Positions 1-10,132 of a stretch of 64,000 nt of DNA are shown here, piece after piece. Source of the stretch: an uncultured Candidatus Poseidoniales archaeon. GTDB taxonomy: Archaea > Thermoplasmatota > Poseidoniia > Poseidoniales > Poseidoniaceae. The stretch spans positions 40,799 through 104,798 of the forward strand of contig CAZGJD010000002.1 of assembly GCA_964526385.1 (NCBI GenBank), written 5' to 3'. Every line of letters starts with the position of its first letter. Position 1 is the first letter of the stretch. The translations under genes were made by a program, and so were the position numbers. The notes beneath the pieces were generated by a model. It searched no databases, had not been told where the DNA came from, and saw nothing but the letters and a program-made list of their open reading frames with translations.

Positions 1-1
1 C

Positions 2-586
2 AAAGAAATGAGGGCATTCCCAGTACCCAGTGGAGGACTCTACTTCCCACAGTATTTCAGTGATGGCTCATCAGCATTTCTCGACACATCTCTAAATTGG
101 AATAGACATGAAGCTCAATTCCCAAGCGAGTATTGCCAAATTGACTCTACTGGAGCATTACACTGTGTAAGCCTTGCAGGAACTACATTCACACATCACC
201 TTTCCTTCGATGGAGGATCGACATGGGCTACTCAAAACTACAGCGATGAGTCATGGGCGCAAATCGAAGAATGGGAATTTCAAGCAAATGGGGCGCTAGA
301 CCTTTTCGCTTTGAATGTTAGATACCAATCTGCGGAAGGTCCAGATGTTGACATACTGTACCATGTTAGAGACTATTCTGAATCTATGGAGCCAGACACT
401 TTGACTTACATCGGTTTAGGTGACTTAGATTCGACAAGCGGAGCAGGAAACGATATCAGATTCGATTTCGCTTCTTTAGCAATTCTAAACGATGGAGGAG
501 TAGTTGTTGCTTATCACGATTCAACCGACCCTGACCCTCTATTCGCTGTAGAGGTTGAAATGCCGTACTACGGACCATTAATTTGA
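2..586 (+). CDS. 3' fragment of a secreted BNR/Asp-box repeat (sialidase-like beta-propeller) protein; the 5' end lies outside the window
   Basis: The frame is open to the window edge, with no stop before the first ATG at 8. One Asp-box-like motif (SFDGGSTWA) is present. Nothing else is recognisable. Confidence 0.35.
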   Translation, partial: KEMRAFPVPSGGLYFPQYFSDGSSAFLDTSLNWNRHEAQFPSEYCQIDSTGALHCVSLAGTTFTHHLSFDGGSTWATQNYSDESWAQIEEWEFQANGALDLFALNVRYQSAEGPDVDILYHVRDYSESMEPDTLTYIGLGDLDSTSGAGNDIRFDFASLAILNDGGVVVAYHDSTDPDPLFAVEVEMPYYGPLI

Positions 587-655
587 TTCCAAATACGATT
601 AAATTCATTCGAGGTTACCCTTAACTTCAAAACCTCTTGACAGACATTTTAGCGT

Positions 656-2578
656 ATGGTTCTGAAATCTATACCGGGAGTTGGAGCTAATTTAGCAAAG
701 AAGTTGACCGACCATTTTGGCACGGAAGAAAGAGTAATGCAACTACTCTCTGATGGCCAAACCGAAATCATTGCGGAGGTTGAAGGTGTCTCACTAAACA
801 GAGCCGACAATATAGCACGCTCATTGAACGGGTTAGACGGTTTCCTAGCAACAAAGGAAGCGGTAAGACTGCACAAAGAATTGCTAGCGCACATCGCATC
901 ATATGCATGTAATTCTGGAACAAAATCAAGACTAAAGAACTTGATGCCTATTAAGGAAACAGAGGAAAGACGGGCATTAATATTGCAGGCGATGGAAACA
1001 GATTACAAAATAGAAAATCTGAAAATTCCATCCTCAATTGACACTCATTTTGAGCGCGTTGTCGTTTCTAAAAATCCAATAGATGAATTGAAAAGATATT
1101 GTCGTGTTCTTACACCATCCTCTGAAGAAACATGGAAAGATTACCGTGTATTCAAATCAGTAACCTGGGTTGGGGATGACGGTCCCTCACAAATTCCAGA
1201 AGGATGGTTGGTTTTACCAGAAAATGCATCGATAGATATGATTTTGCCAGAGCGCTGCGTAAAGTGGTTTGAGCTAAATAAACAAACCTTGGAAATAATC
1301 ACACAACTACCTGAAGGTAAAGGATTTTTGAAGAATTTTGATACGATAAGAATTCCACAACTCGCACCACTATTAAACGAATTATCAAACACCTGCGATG
1401 CAGATTCTATTGCACATGTCAGGGACCAAATATGGCCACTTGCCAAGAGTTTAGAGAAAAGAATCCAAAATGAAGTAGATGAATCGATGCAGAATGTAAA
1501 AATGGACTTGTCCGGAGCGGACATGTTACAAGCCTTAGCAGACGCAGCATCACTACAAAGAAAATTAGCCCAGCAAACCAATACTGCAATTGAGCAGGCA
1601 ATAGAATCAGCGACGGACGAAATGGCGAGTTTGCTCAGTGATGTTGGAGTTAAGTGTCCACGAAATATCTTCAAAGCAGAATGGCCAACTAAAGTTGATA
1701 GAAGCATACTTGATGAGATAGATTCACAACTTGAAGAACTATTCAAAACAACTCAGTCTGACAGATTGATTTCACTTGCAAGAAGGCTCTCACCCTTAAA
1801 GGCCAAGTGTGAGGTAGCAATACGAAAACTGATTGAATTAGACCAGTGGCTTACAATTGGAAGATGGGCGAATGATGTGAATGCGACCATGCCTGAATTA
1901 TCTAACTCAGGTATAGTTATCGATGAAGGAAGACACCTCCTGATTGATGGCATGGCTGACCCTGTGTCATATGGTCTCGGTAAGTGTGCGGCTAAAGGCG
2001 ACCAGCAATCGATAGCTCTGTTGACTGGAGCCAATAGCGGAGGTAAGACAACCATGTTGGAATTGCTTGCTCATTGCACAATACTTGCCCACATGGGATT
2101 GCCTGTACCAGCAAAATCAGCAAAGATTGGCCAAATTGAATCTCTTCACGTGCTAGCAAAAGCTGGTGGTACACAATCCGCCGGTGCGCTCGAACAAACC
2201 TTACTACAATTAGCAAATGTAGTATCAAATGATGATTCAAAATTGATTCTTGCGGATGAACTAGAGGCGATTACAGAACCTGGCGCAGGTGCGAGAATTA
2301 TCGCAGGAATGCTCGATGCTGCTGACCGGCATGTTGGAACTTGTATGCTCCTCGTAACTCATCTTGCACCTGCTATTATTGAAGCGGCAGGCAAAGATTT
2401 GCGAACCGATGGAATCGAAGCAAGAGGCTTAGATGACAATTTAGAATTGATAGTTGACAGAACTCCGAGAAGAAATTATCTCGCAAAGTCAACTCCTGAA
2501 CTTATCGTGAGAAGGCTAGTTGAACGGTCGAACGGAAATGCAAAATCAGTTTTCACATCTATCCTAGAAAGGTTCTGA
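656..2578 (+). CDS. MutS-family ATPase (domain V only) with an N-terminal helix-hairpin-helix; archaeal MutS-like paralogue
   Basis: P-loop LLTGANSGGKTTMLE, Walker B LILADELEAITEPG, and LLVTHL. The N-terminus carries an HhH-like segment (IPGVGANLAKKLTDHFG). I saw no mismatch-recognition domain and no Smr domain. Confidence 0.7.
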   Translation: MVLKSIPGVGANLAKKLTDHFGTEERVMQLLSDGQTEIIAEVEGVSLNRADNIARSLNGLDGFLATKEAVRLHKELLAHIASYACNSGTKSRLKNLMPIKETEERRALILQAMETDYKIENLKIPSSIDTHFERVVVSKNPIDELKRYCRVLTPSSEETWKDYRVFKSVTWVGDDGPSQIPEGWLVLPENASIDMILPERCVKWFELNKQTLEIITQLPEGKGFLKNFDTIRIPQLAPLLNELSNTCDADSIAHVRDQIWPLAKSLEKRIQNEVDESMQNVKMDLSGADMLQALADAASLQRKLAQQTNTAIEQAIESATDEMASLLSDVGVKCPRNIFKAEWPTKVDRSILDEIDSQLEELFKTTQSDRLISLARRLSPLKAKCEVAIRKLIELDQWLTIGRWANDVNATMPELSNSGIVIDEGRHLLIDGMADPVSYGLGKCAAKGDQQSIALLTGANSGGKTTMLELLAHCTILAHMGLPVPAKSAKIGQIESLHVLAKAGGTQSAGALEQTLLQLANVVSNDDSKLILADELEAITEPGAGARIIAGMLDAADRHVGTCMLLVTHLAPAIIEAAGKDLRTDGIEARGLDDNLELIVDRTPRRNYLAKSTPELIVRRLVERSNGNAKSVFTSILERF

Positions 2579-4387
2579 TTAGCAAATACGATCGGATTCT
2601 TCACCGTAATTCTGCATAGGCGCTTGGAATAATTCGTCACAGCTACGGTACACAAGTGGTAGAGTTAGTGTGCTTTGTGACCAATCTATCGAATAGTCTC
2701 CAGAAGCTGCTGGACTTGGTACGTAATCTTCACCTGTTTGTGTGACTGTAAACTGTATAGTTTGTCCAGCGGCGAGGAAAACGTCCATCGGCATGAATTC
2801 GACCTTAGCCAAAACTGTAGAGAACGGCGTTATTGTAGCCACTCCATCTCTACCACCGTCATAGAATCTAAGGTCCATAACGGCGTGTCCTAAATGAATT
2901 CCATTACTATCTGTCATCTCGATGAATATGTGGCCATTATTCGTAGTGTGAGGTGTAGCGCTGGTGTGTAACGTAGGCATTCCAGCGATGTAAGTGTCCT
3001 GTTCAAATGGACCATATGAGAAGGTTATCGCACCTCTTCCAGTTCCCATTAAAGCAGATGATGGCTCTAAGGTTGATACATCCACCGAAACAAATTCAGT
3101 GTCTTCAGAAGGCCAAGTCGATTCAAATCTCCATCCTCCTCTATTGTCTTGCATTTCCACACCTAGGGTTGGTGCGCGACCTTCTCCTTTCAGATACCAA
3201 TCAAACCAATACAGCATTTCATCCGCCCAGTCCCACCTCAGAGTGTACGGATAAGCCTCTTGGCCACGCCCTACTCCCTGTGAACTATGTCCTTCAACAC
3301 GGTCTGGATAATCGTGAGCCCACTGCCCTGCAAGAGTTTTAATTTCGATTCCTGCATCGGCCACCTGTTGATGGATCGGGAAAGCCATGTGAGGGTCTAC
3401 GTTCCAGTCTTGCATTCCCTGGATTATGTAAACTGAACCATTGTAGTTGTCCAGAACTCTTCCCAAGAAAGACCTCTCAGTCCAGTAGGTATTGCCGGCG
3501 AAATCAACCATTCCTCCTGTAAAGTAAGCAGCAGGACCGTTTGCATATCCTTCCATGTAACCTTCACAAGCGTTGTCAACATCGTCAGCATCACCATCGA
3601 TTCCAAAAGAGCCGTATACACCGTTGTGCATAATCATTCCACGCGCCTCCATACTGCCATTTCTCCACATTAATTCGTGTACTCCGATTAAACCGGACAT
3701 TGGCACGATTGTAGCAAGATATGGATTACCGAAGGTCGCCGCTTGCCAAGGAGTACTTCCGTCGTAGGATTTCCCGATAATCCCGACTTTACCATTTGAC
3801 CAAGATTGGCTTCCTAACCAAGTTACAGCCGCATCGATTCCCCGTTGTTCATCCGTTCCCATCAAGTCCATACAGTGGTTAGATTCACCCGTGCCGAACA
3901 CTGAAACCTGAGCCACACCATATCCATGAGGTACGTAATTTTCGATTAAGAATCTGCCAAGTCTGTTAGCTGGAGTTAATGCGTCAACGTCTCCGTCGTT
4001 ATAGTATGGACCAATCTCTGCAATAACGGGTACTTTACATTCCTCAGAAATTTCTTCTGTTGTGTAATCACATCCTTCGATTACTGGTAGCCACAAGCCC
4101 AAATGCACCTCTGCATCACCGGTTAGGCCAGCCCCCCCGTCAGCCGCTGTAATCGTGTCAACAGGTACGTATACACTTCTTACTTCATCGATTCCGTGTG
4201 ACCCGTTTACTGTTACTCTACTGAAAACATCCGTATCGAGATATTCTAAATTCGAACGCTCCCAGGGTTCTGGATAATCTATATCTGAAACTGTAATTAA
4301 TACCTCAGAATCTTCACCAAAACAACCTGAGAACATTGCAGGAAGCAGTATCACCAATAGAAACACTGCCTTGCGCATGGAAGCCAC
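2579..4387 (-). CDS. CocE/NonD family hydrolase (peptidase S15, X-Pro dipeptidyl-peptidase-like), probable lipoprotein
   Basis: Nucleophile elbow GKSYDGS. Size (~600 aa) is typical of S15. The N-terminal signal has a lipobox-like LPAMFSGC. Confidence 0.65.
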   Translation of the reverse strand: MASMRKAVFLLVILLPAMFSGCFGEDSEVLITVSDIDYPEPWERSNLEYLDTDVFSRVTVNGSHGIDEVRSVYVPVDTITAADGGAGLTGDAEVHLGLWLPVIEGCDYTTEEISEECKVPVIAEIGPYYNDGDVDALTPANRLGRFLIENYVPHGYGVAQVSVFGTGESNHCMDLMGTDEQRGIDAAVTWLGSQSWSNGKVGIIGKSYDGSTPWQAATFGNPYLATIVPMSGLIGVHELMWRNGSMEARGMIMHNGVYGSFGIDGDADDVDNACEGYMEGYANGPAAYFTGGMVDFAGNTYWTERSFLGRVLDNYNGSVYIIQGMQDWNVDPHMAFPIHQQVADAGIEIKTLAGQWAHDYPDRVEGHSSQGVGRGQEAYPYTLRWDWADEMLYWFDWYLKGEGRAPTLGVEMQDNRGGWRFESTWPSEDTEFVSVDVSTLEPSSALMGTGRGAITFSYGPFEQDTYIAGMPTLHTSATPHTTNNGHIFIEMTDSNGIHLGHAVMDLRFYDGGRDGVATITPFSTVLAKVEFMPMDVFLAAGQTIQFTVTQTGEDYVPSPAASGDYSIDWSQSTLTLPLVYRSCDELFQAPMQNYGEESDRIC

Positions 4388-4452
4388 GCCTACTCGATAT
4401 GTTTTGAGATTATCCTTTTACCGGACACATCCAAAATAGGATACTAATTGAT

Positions 4453-6876
4453 GTGCTGAAACAAGCACGATTAACCATGCGCAAGGTACTTGTAGCCTTA
4501 ATGCTACTAACAGCCCTACTTCCTTTAACACCAGTTACAGCAGAAGAAGGCGGAGTTGTAATCGAAGAAATTCTCGTCTCCCCATCGAGTGCATCATACA
4601 ATGGAACCGACTGGAACGGAGATGGTGTTATTGGCTCACAAAGCGATCAGTACATTCAGATTAGGAACACTGGAAGCCAACCAGTAGACATCTCAGATTG
4701 GATACTCGATGATAATATCGGAGAGGGAAGCCCACCTTGTAGGATTGGATGGAATACAACAATCGAAGCCGGTGAAGCAATCGTTTTTTACAGAGCAAAT
4801 ACCGGAATAGAACTCGACTACTTTGATGCAGACAGCGCTAATTTATTCGATATTGATGGTAATCTGATTTCAACTATGTCTTACCCAGCTGAAGATTCAT
4901 GGTGGGATAAGGTATACTCATATGCTGCAAACGGTAGCCTTTGGAAACAAGACCCGAACCCTTCACAAGAACAGGGCTCATGCTACACGCCAAGAGACCA
5001 CATTCACACAGGTTCATACATTCTTCAAGGAAGAATTGTGCCGATGACTGGCCCAAATGACGTTCTTGAGAACGGAAATGTAATGATTGAGAATGGACAG
5101 ATTGTTTCTGTTTGGTCTGATGGTGATATCCCTCCTATCAACACCGACAATGTTTCTACATTCCAGACAAATGGGACCATATATCCTGGGCTAATTGACA
5201 TGCACAATCACTTACACTACAATATTGCACCCCTTTGGGAAATGTCGCCACATAGTTCTAGCCAAACAAACGAATTCGGAGGTTATAATAACAGATACCA
5301 GTGGAAAAACCACCCAGATTACAGCCCCCACGTAACCAAACCCAAATCATTTGTTCACAGTGGTTCTTACTGGAATATGGAAAGTCAAGCAATGAAGTAT
5401 GTGGAGGTAAAGGAAATTGTTGGCGGTACAACGAGCGCACAAGGTGGACCGTCTACGGGCAAAGATTCCTTCGACTCTATACTTGTAAGAAATATCGAGT
5501 ACTATAATTTTGGAGCAGATGAAATTCATACAAAGGTGACAGAACTTGAATCCAGTTACATGGGGAACCATATCAAAACCGGAAATGCGTCGGGGGAACT
5601 CAGAGCTTGGTTTTTGCATCTGGGTGAAGGAATGGATGAATCTAGCAGGGCAGAATTCGACATTCTTGTCCAAAATGACCTACTAGTAGGCGAACTGAAC
5701 TTAATTCACGGAACCGCTCTTACGAAAACCGAGTTCGATAAGATGGGAGAAGTAGGAGCAAACTTGGTGTGGTCTCCACTATCTAACCTACTTCTATACG
5801 GAACTACAACAGATGTGGCCGCCGCAAAAGATGCCGGCGTTAGAATCTCCATCGCCCCAGATTGGGCCCCATCGGGATCAAAATCCCCGCTTCATGAACT
5901 GAAGGTTGCAGATTTGTGGGATGATGAAATGCTTGGGGATATCTTCAATGATTATGAAATGGTCCAAATGGTTACATCAAATCCTGCTAAAGCAATGAAG
6001 TGGGACCAATATGTTGGAACTATTGAGGTAGGAAAAGCCGCTGATTTAGTCGTTCTAGACAACATCAACACTAACCCATATAGAAATATGATAAACGCAA
6101 TCGATACAGATGTTCGACTAACTGTAATCGGTGGCATCCCAATCTATGGTGACGAAGACATAATGTCTGCAATGAAAGGTGACGACTGGGAATCTGTGGG
6201 ATTAGGAAAAGCTCTCGATGTCACATTCATCGGCGTTGAAGATGGTGGTCAAACTTGGGGAGAGATAGTTAGCGATTTAGAGATGGCAATGAGATTTGAT
6301 TATGATGAGATGAAGGACGCCTTCGGAGATGGCATGACTGATTTTGATAACCAAGTAGCAAATATGGTAGATGTTGGTCTAGACCCTGTCCACACCTGGG
6401 GTGATGATAGATATTTCAGAGTGATTAACAATTCCAATTCTGCCAATTCTCAAATCGATATGTCACTATTGTATGACCGTTATTATGACAGGACTGCGAC
6501 CATTGATACAGTTATCGGAGAGGAAGGAAATTATACGGAAAACAATTCTGTTTCTTACACCTATGGATGTATGGATAATACCGCATTGAATTTCAATGCG
6601 GAAGCCACTAAGGATGATGGAAGTTGTACATTCCAACAACAAAACAATACCCAGCAAACAAATAACTCTGATGATAATACCTGTATTGGTATATGCGATG
6701 ATTCATTTTCAGATAGTGTCGAAGATAAGGACGAAGCAAACTTGATTTCTCTATCAATTTTCATGCTGATAATTTTTGGAATTGCGATTGCAGTAATATT
6801 CATTTCAAAAAATAAAGATGATGGGGTTTCATTTGTTCCGGAAATGCCACCTTTAGAGCCACCCAAATCAGATTAA
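4453..6876 (+). CDS. Membrane-anchored extracellular amidohydrolase with an N-terminal lamin-tail (LTD) domain
   Basis: Signal peptide. LTD pattern IEEILVSP...NGDG...QYIQIRNTG...VDISDWILDD. Metal-binding HxH of the amidohydrolase superfamily (IDMHNHLHYN). Cys-bounded CMDNTALNFNAEATKDDGSC module. C-terminal TM helix LISLSIFMLIIFGIAIAVIFI. An alternative start is M9 at 4477. Confidence 0.65.
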   Translation: MLKQARLTMRKVLVALMLLTALLPLTPVTAEEGGVVIEEILVSPSSASYNGTDWNGDGVIGSQSDQYIQIRNTGSQPVDISDWILDDNIGEGSPPCRIGWNTTIEAGEAIVFYRANTGIELDYFDADSANLFDIDGNLISTMSYPAEDSWWDKVYSYAANGSLWKQDPNPSQEQGSCYTPRDHIHTGSYILQGRIVPMTGPNDVLENGNVMIENGQIVSVWSDGDIPPINTDNVSTFQTNGTIYPGLIDMHNHLHYNIAPLWEMSPHSSSQTNEFGGYNNRYQWKNHPDYSPHVTKPKSFVHSGSYWNMESQAMKYVEVKEIVGGTTSAQGGPSTGKDSFDSILVRNIEYYNFGADEIHTKVTELESSYMGNHIKTGNASGELRAWFLHLGEGMDESSRAEFDILVQNDLLVGELNLIHGTALTKTEFDKMGEVGANLVWSPLSNLLLYGTTTDVAAAKDAGVRISIAPDWAPSGSKSPLHELKVADLWDDEMLGDIFNDYEMVQMVTSNPAKAMKWDQYVGTIEVGKAADLVVLDNINTNPYRNMINAIDTDVRLTVIGGIPIYGDEDIMSAMKGDDWESVGLGKALDVTFIGVEDGGQTWGEIVSDLEMAMRFDYDEMKDAFGDGMTDFDNQVANMVDVGLDPVHTWGDDRYFRVINNSNSANSQIDMSLLYDRYYDRTATIDTVIGEEGNYTENNSVSYTYGCMDNTALNFNAEATKDDGSCTFQQQNNTQQTNNSDDNTCIGICDDSFSDSVEDKDEANLISLSIFMLIIFGIAIAVIFISKNKDDGVSFVPEMPPLEPPKSD

Positions 6877-8349
6877 GTCCCATATCGGCCCTTCATCTGT
6901 ATCCGTTACCACCACACCCAATTCGTTCAATTGGTCTCTTATCGAATCGGCTAATACCCAGTCTTTTGCGACTCTAGCATCCGTTCTCTTGGCTATCAAA
7001 CTCTCAACTTGTTCTGCAATCTCTGAACGCCTCGGGTCTTCTTCTGGCTCAGCTAGCACTATTTCTCTTGCTGGCAGTACGCCCAGAACGTCACCAGCAG
7101 TATCCTCCAACCATTCAACGCAGTGAATTGCATATGCGCCTAAATCATCTCCTTCTAATGATGATAGCATCTTGCTCATCTCTTTCAAGGCACCTAAGAC
7201 CTTGGCTACTGCTTCTCTTGAATTAAAATCATCATCCATTGCAATTGCAAAACCCTGAGCCATTTTTTCTAGCAAACCGAGGCTTTTTACAATAGGCACC
7301 TGAGACATCACATCACCTTCTGGAAGAGGTGTAGAATTATCACCCGCCAACTCTAATGCAGCCTTGTAAACTGAAATCAAGCGATTGTAATTTTTTTCAG
7401 CATCCTTCAGTAATTGTTCATTCATATCGATTGGTGAACGATAATGAGCGTTGATCAAGGCGAAACGAAGGACCATAGGGTCGACTTTCTCAAGAATTTC
7501 TTTAATAGTCCAAAAATTTCCAAGAGATTTACTCATTTTTTCTCCATCGATATTGACAAATCCATTGTGAAGCCAATGATGAACCACTGGGCTACAACCA
7601 GTGTGGCATTCACCTTGAAAAATCTCAGCCTCGTGGTGGGGGAAAATCAAATCATGACCTCCACCGTGAATGTCAAATTGCTCTCCAAAGGCATCCATAG
7701 ACATTGCAGTACATTCAATATGCCAACCTGGCCTTCCCAGACCCCAAGGTGATTCCCATGTTGGCTCTCCAGGTTTAGCTGCCTTCCATAATGCGAAATC
7801 CTTGTGGTCGCGCTTACCACTACCAGTACCTTCTACTCTACCTCCGGCACCTCCTCTTACAGCATCTATATTCTGACCGGTTAAATCACCGTACTTTTCG
7901 GGAGCGCTCTCTACTGAAAAGTAAACACCATCATCAGAAGAATAAGCATTACCTTTCTCTATCAAGTCAGAAATGATTCGTATCATATCGTCGACATATT
8001 CAGTACACCTTGGGTATGAATCGGCTCTTAGAATGTTTAACGAATCCATATCATCATAGTAAGTTTGGATATTATCTTCAACCAACTGTTTCCAATCAGC
8101 TCCAGATTCATTTGCACGATTGATGATTTTGTCATCAATGTCAGTGAAATTTTGAACATAATTCACATCATAGCCCGACTTTTCAAGCCATCTATGGATC
8201 AAATCGAATGAAAGATAGCACCTTGCATGCCCTAAGTGACACAAGTCGTAGACTGTTACGCCACACACATACATGTTTACTACGCCTGGGTTGATAGTGG
8301 AGAAGACAACTTTGTCCTTCCTCCTAGTGTCATGAACACGTAGTGGCAT
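6868..8349 (-). CDS. cysS: Cysteine--tRNA ligase
   Basis: Class I signatures HLGHARCY (HIGH) and KMSKSLGN (KMSKS). The N-terminus MPLRVHDT...NMYVCGVTVYD lines up with bacterial CysS, so the ATG at 8349 is preferred over the longest ORF start at 8379. Confidence 0.9.
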   Translation of the reverse strand: MPLRVHDTRRKDKVVFSTINPGVVNMYVCGVTVYDLCHLGHARCYLSFDLIHRWLEKSGYDVNYVQNFTDIDDKIINRANESGADWKQLVEDNIQTYYDDMDSLNILRADSYPRCTEYVDDMIRIISDLIEKGNAYSSDDGVYFSVESAPEKYGDLTGQNIDAVRGGAGGRVEGTGSGKRDHKDFALWKAAKPGEPTWESPWGLGRPGWHIECTAMSMDAFGEQFDIHGGGHDLIFPHHEAEIFQGECHTGCSPVVHHWLHNGFVNIDGEKMSKSLGNFWTIKEILEKVDPMVLRFALINAHYRSPIDMNEQLLKDAEKNYNRLISVYKAALELAGDNSTPLPEGDVMSQVPIVKSLGLLEKMAQGFAIAMDDDFNSREAVAKVLGALKEMSKMLSSLEGDDLGAYAIHCVEWLEDTAGDVLGVLPAREIVLAEPEEDPRRSEIAEQVESLIAKRTDARVAKDWVLADSIRDQLNELGVVVTDTDEGPIWDLI

Positions 8350-8382
8350 CAAATGTCGGGTATAGTCCCTGTTATACAAAGA

Positions 8383-8739
8383 TTAGTTACCAATTACGTT
8401 GTAATCTTCGCTTAGTGGTGTCGCCCCAGTTTCAACCCTGAAAATTTGGCCATCCTTGAACTGATAGAATGTCAATACGGCTTCTGATGTGGAACCGTTT
8501 GCAAAATGAGCGATACAGTGGTCAACTCCTACTTCGTCGTTTTCGTAAAGAATTCGATTGTTTTCGATAGTTACCATTCCTGAACCCATTATTCCAAGCA
8601 TGTCTTGCTTGGTCATTTGCGCATTCCCAACGTGTGGAATGAATATGCAATCGTCGTGAAGTATCGCTTGCATTTGCTCTTTATTTCCCGAGGAAAATGC
8701 TACATGGTAATCTGCTATTAGGCCCATATTAGTGTACAT
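8383..8739 (-). CDS. Small NTF2/SnoaL-like fold protein (hypothetical)
   Basis: A 118-aa soluble ORF in the same direction as cysS. The fold assignment rests only on general size and pattern similarity. Confidence 0.3.
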   Translation of the reverse strand: MYTNMGLIADYHVAFSSGNKEQMQAILHDDCIFIPHVGNAQMTKQDMLGIMGSGMVTIENNRILYENDEVGVDHCIAHFANGSTSEAVLTFYQFKDGQIFRVETGATPLSEDYNVIGN

Positions 8740-8813
8740 GGATTACAGGGTATTAACATTTTATTAAAGAATATTAGATGATTAAGACCGTTCTATCTAT
8801 TACATAGCGCATC

Positions 8814-9479
8814 ATGAGTTTTATCATGAGGCCGGCTCTAATTTCTAAACTGAGTTGGTCTTTTCCGACGGCAACTATACTTCTATCATCTCTTTTACAC
8901 ATAATCTTAGGAGACGCGAGAGATTTTCCATTTTTTATTTCAGAGGCGGACTACCCCGGAATTCAGCGCTATATTTTTACAATAGGTTTTAGCTTGAGTG
9001 GGCTTGTTTTGATTTACTATTCTTGGTTAATTTTCCAATCCACTAAAAATACTGCAAGGTGGTACTGGATGAACATATCCTTATTGATGGGAATTTGGGT
9101 TGGAGGCAACCTGTTCGTAATGTCATTTTACGACATGTACGACCACATTGAGATTCATGTTGCTACCGCATTGAACGTCTTTTACTTTGGCTGGGGATGG
9201 TGCGTAATCACTCACATCGGATTACCAAAAGCCTCAGATTCAGGTAAACGAATAAGAAAAATATCAATGGTTACAGGTTTAATTGGGCTAATTGGAATGG
9301 TTTATTCAATCAGCGTTGGTTTGGATAAATATCCCGAATTCGTTAATAACGAATGGGATTTTGAAAAGATGCAACCATATATTGATTGGGCGGCTCCCAT
9401 GGAATATTTGCTGGCTTTTTCATTCATAGCGACTATTTTTTCGTTTGAGAATGAGATAATTGGAGATGAAGAAGAATGA
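8814..9479 (+). CDS. Integral membrane protein, unknown function (about 6 TM)
   Basis: Multiple hydrophobic helices. The stop overlaps the start of the next gene (ATGA at 9476-9479), which suggests translational coupling. Confidence 0.5.
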   Translation: MSFIMRPALISKLSWSFPTATILLSSLLHIILGDARDFPFFISEADYPGIQRYIFTIGFSLSGLVLIYYSWLIFQSTKNTARWYWMNISLLMGIWVGGNLFVMSFYDMYDHIEIHVATALNVFYFGWGWCVITHIGLPKASDSGKRIRKISMVTGLIGLIGMVYSISVGLDKYPEFVNNEWDFEKMQPYIDWAAPMEYLLAFSFIATIFSFENEIIGDEEE

Positions 9480-10126
9480 AATTACTCGTCGTTGATTTAC
9501 TTGCTGAACGAGTTTCCTTTGGGGAAAAAGGAGTTGAAGAAATAGTCAGACATTTCGAGGGATATGAAGTTCTACTATGGGCGCCACATATCGATAATCC
9601 AAGAGAATATTCCTTTGGGAGAAGAGTAACTGAACCGGAGGAAGTAGATGCGGTTATAATCACTGGAAGCAGAAGAAATGTATCGATATGGGAGCCATGG
9701 ATGGACCAAGTTGCAGAACTTATTCGTAGCTGTAAAACCCCTCTATACGGCATTTGCTTTGGACACCAAATAATCTGTAAGGCCCTTGGTGGAAATGTCG
9801 TAAGAGCCGAAAAAGGATTCCATGAATTCGCAGAGGTAGTGGGCCTAAGTGGCAATAAATACAATCAATTGTTCACCCACCAAGACTTCGTCATTGATGC
9901 AGGAGAGATGGATGTAATAGCCTCATCCGACCACTGTGAAATAGCGGCATGTAAACACCCAACCAGGCCAATTTGGACTGTACAATTTCATCCTGAAGCG
10001 ATACCAGAATTACTTGACTATTCTGTCGAATCTGGTGACATGACAATCGATGAAAGGCTTGCATTTGGAGATAAAATTCAGGATTTAGACGTGACAAATT
10101 CACTCATCTATTCCAAATTATTATGA
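9476..10126 (+). CDS. Class I glutamine amidotransferase-like protein
   Basis: Nucleophile elbow GICFGHQ and the His/Glu region VQFHPE. Confidence 0.7.
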   Translation: MKLLVVDLLAERVSFGEKGVEEIVRHFEGYEVLLWAPHIDNPREYSFGRRVTEPEEVDAVIITGSRRNVSIWEPWMDQVAELIRSCKTPLYGICFGHQIICKALGGNVVRAEKGFHEFAEVVGLSGNKYNQLFTHQDFVIDAGEMDVIASSDHCEIAACKHPTRPIWTVQFHPEAIPELLDYSVESGDMTIDERLAFGDKIQDLDVTNSLIYSKLL

Positions 10127-10132
10127 TCAATA

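Noticed and set aside
1141-1746. 201-aa ORF antisense to the MutS-like gene. Similar antisense or out-of-frame ORFs occur inside other long genes throughout the track (e.g. 12859-13449, 37014-37502, 20102-20434, 46513-46869).
   Set aside because: These ORFs are entirely embedded in well-supported genes on the other strand or frame. They have low-complexity or odd composition and no motifs. They are typical shadow ORFs.
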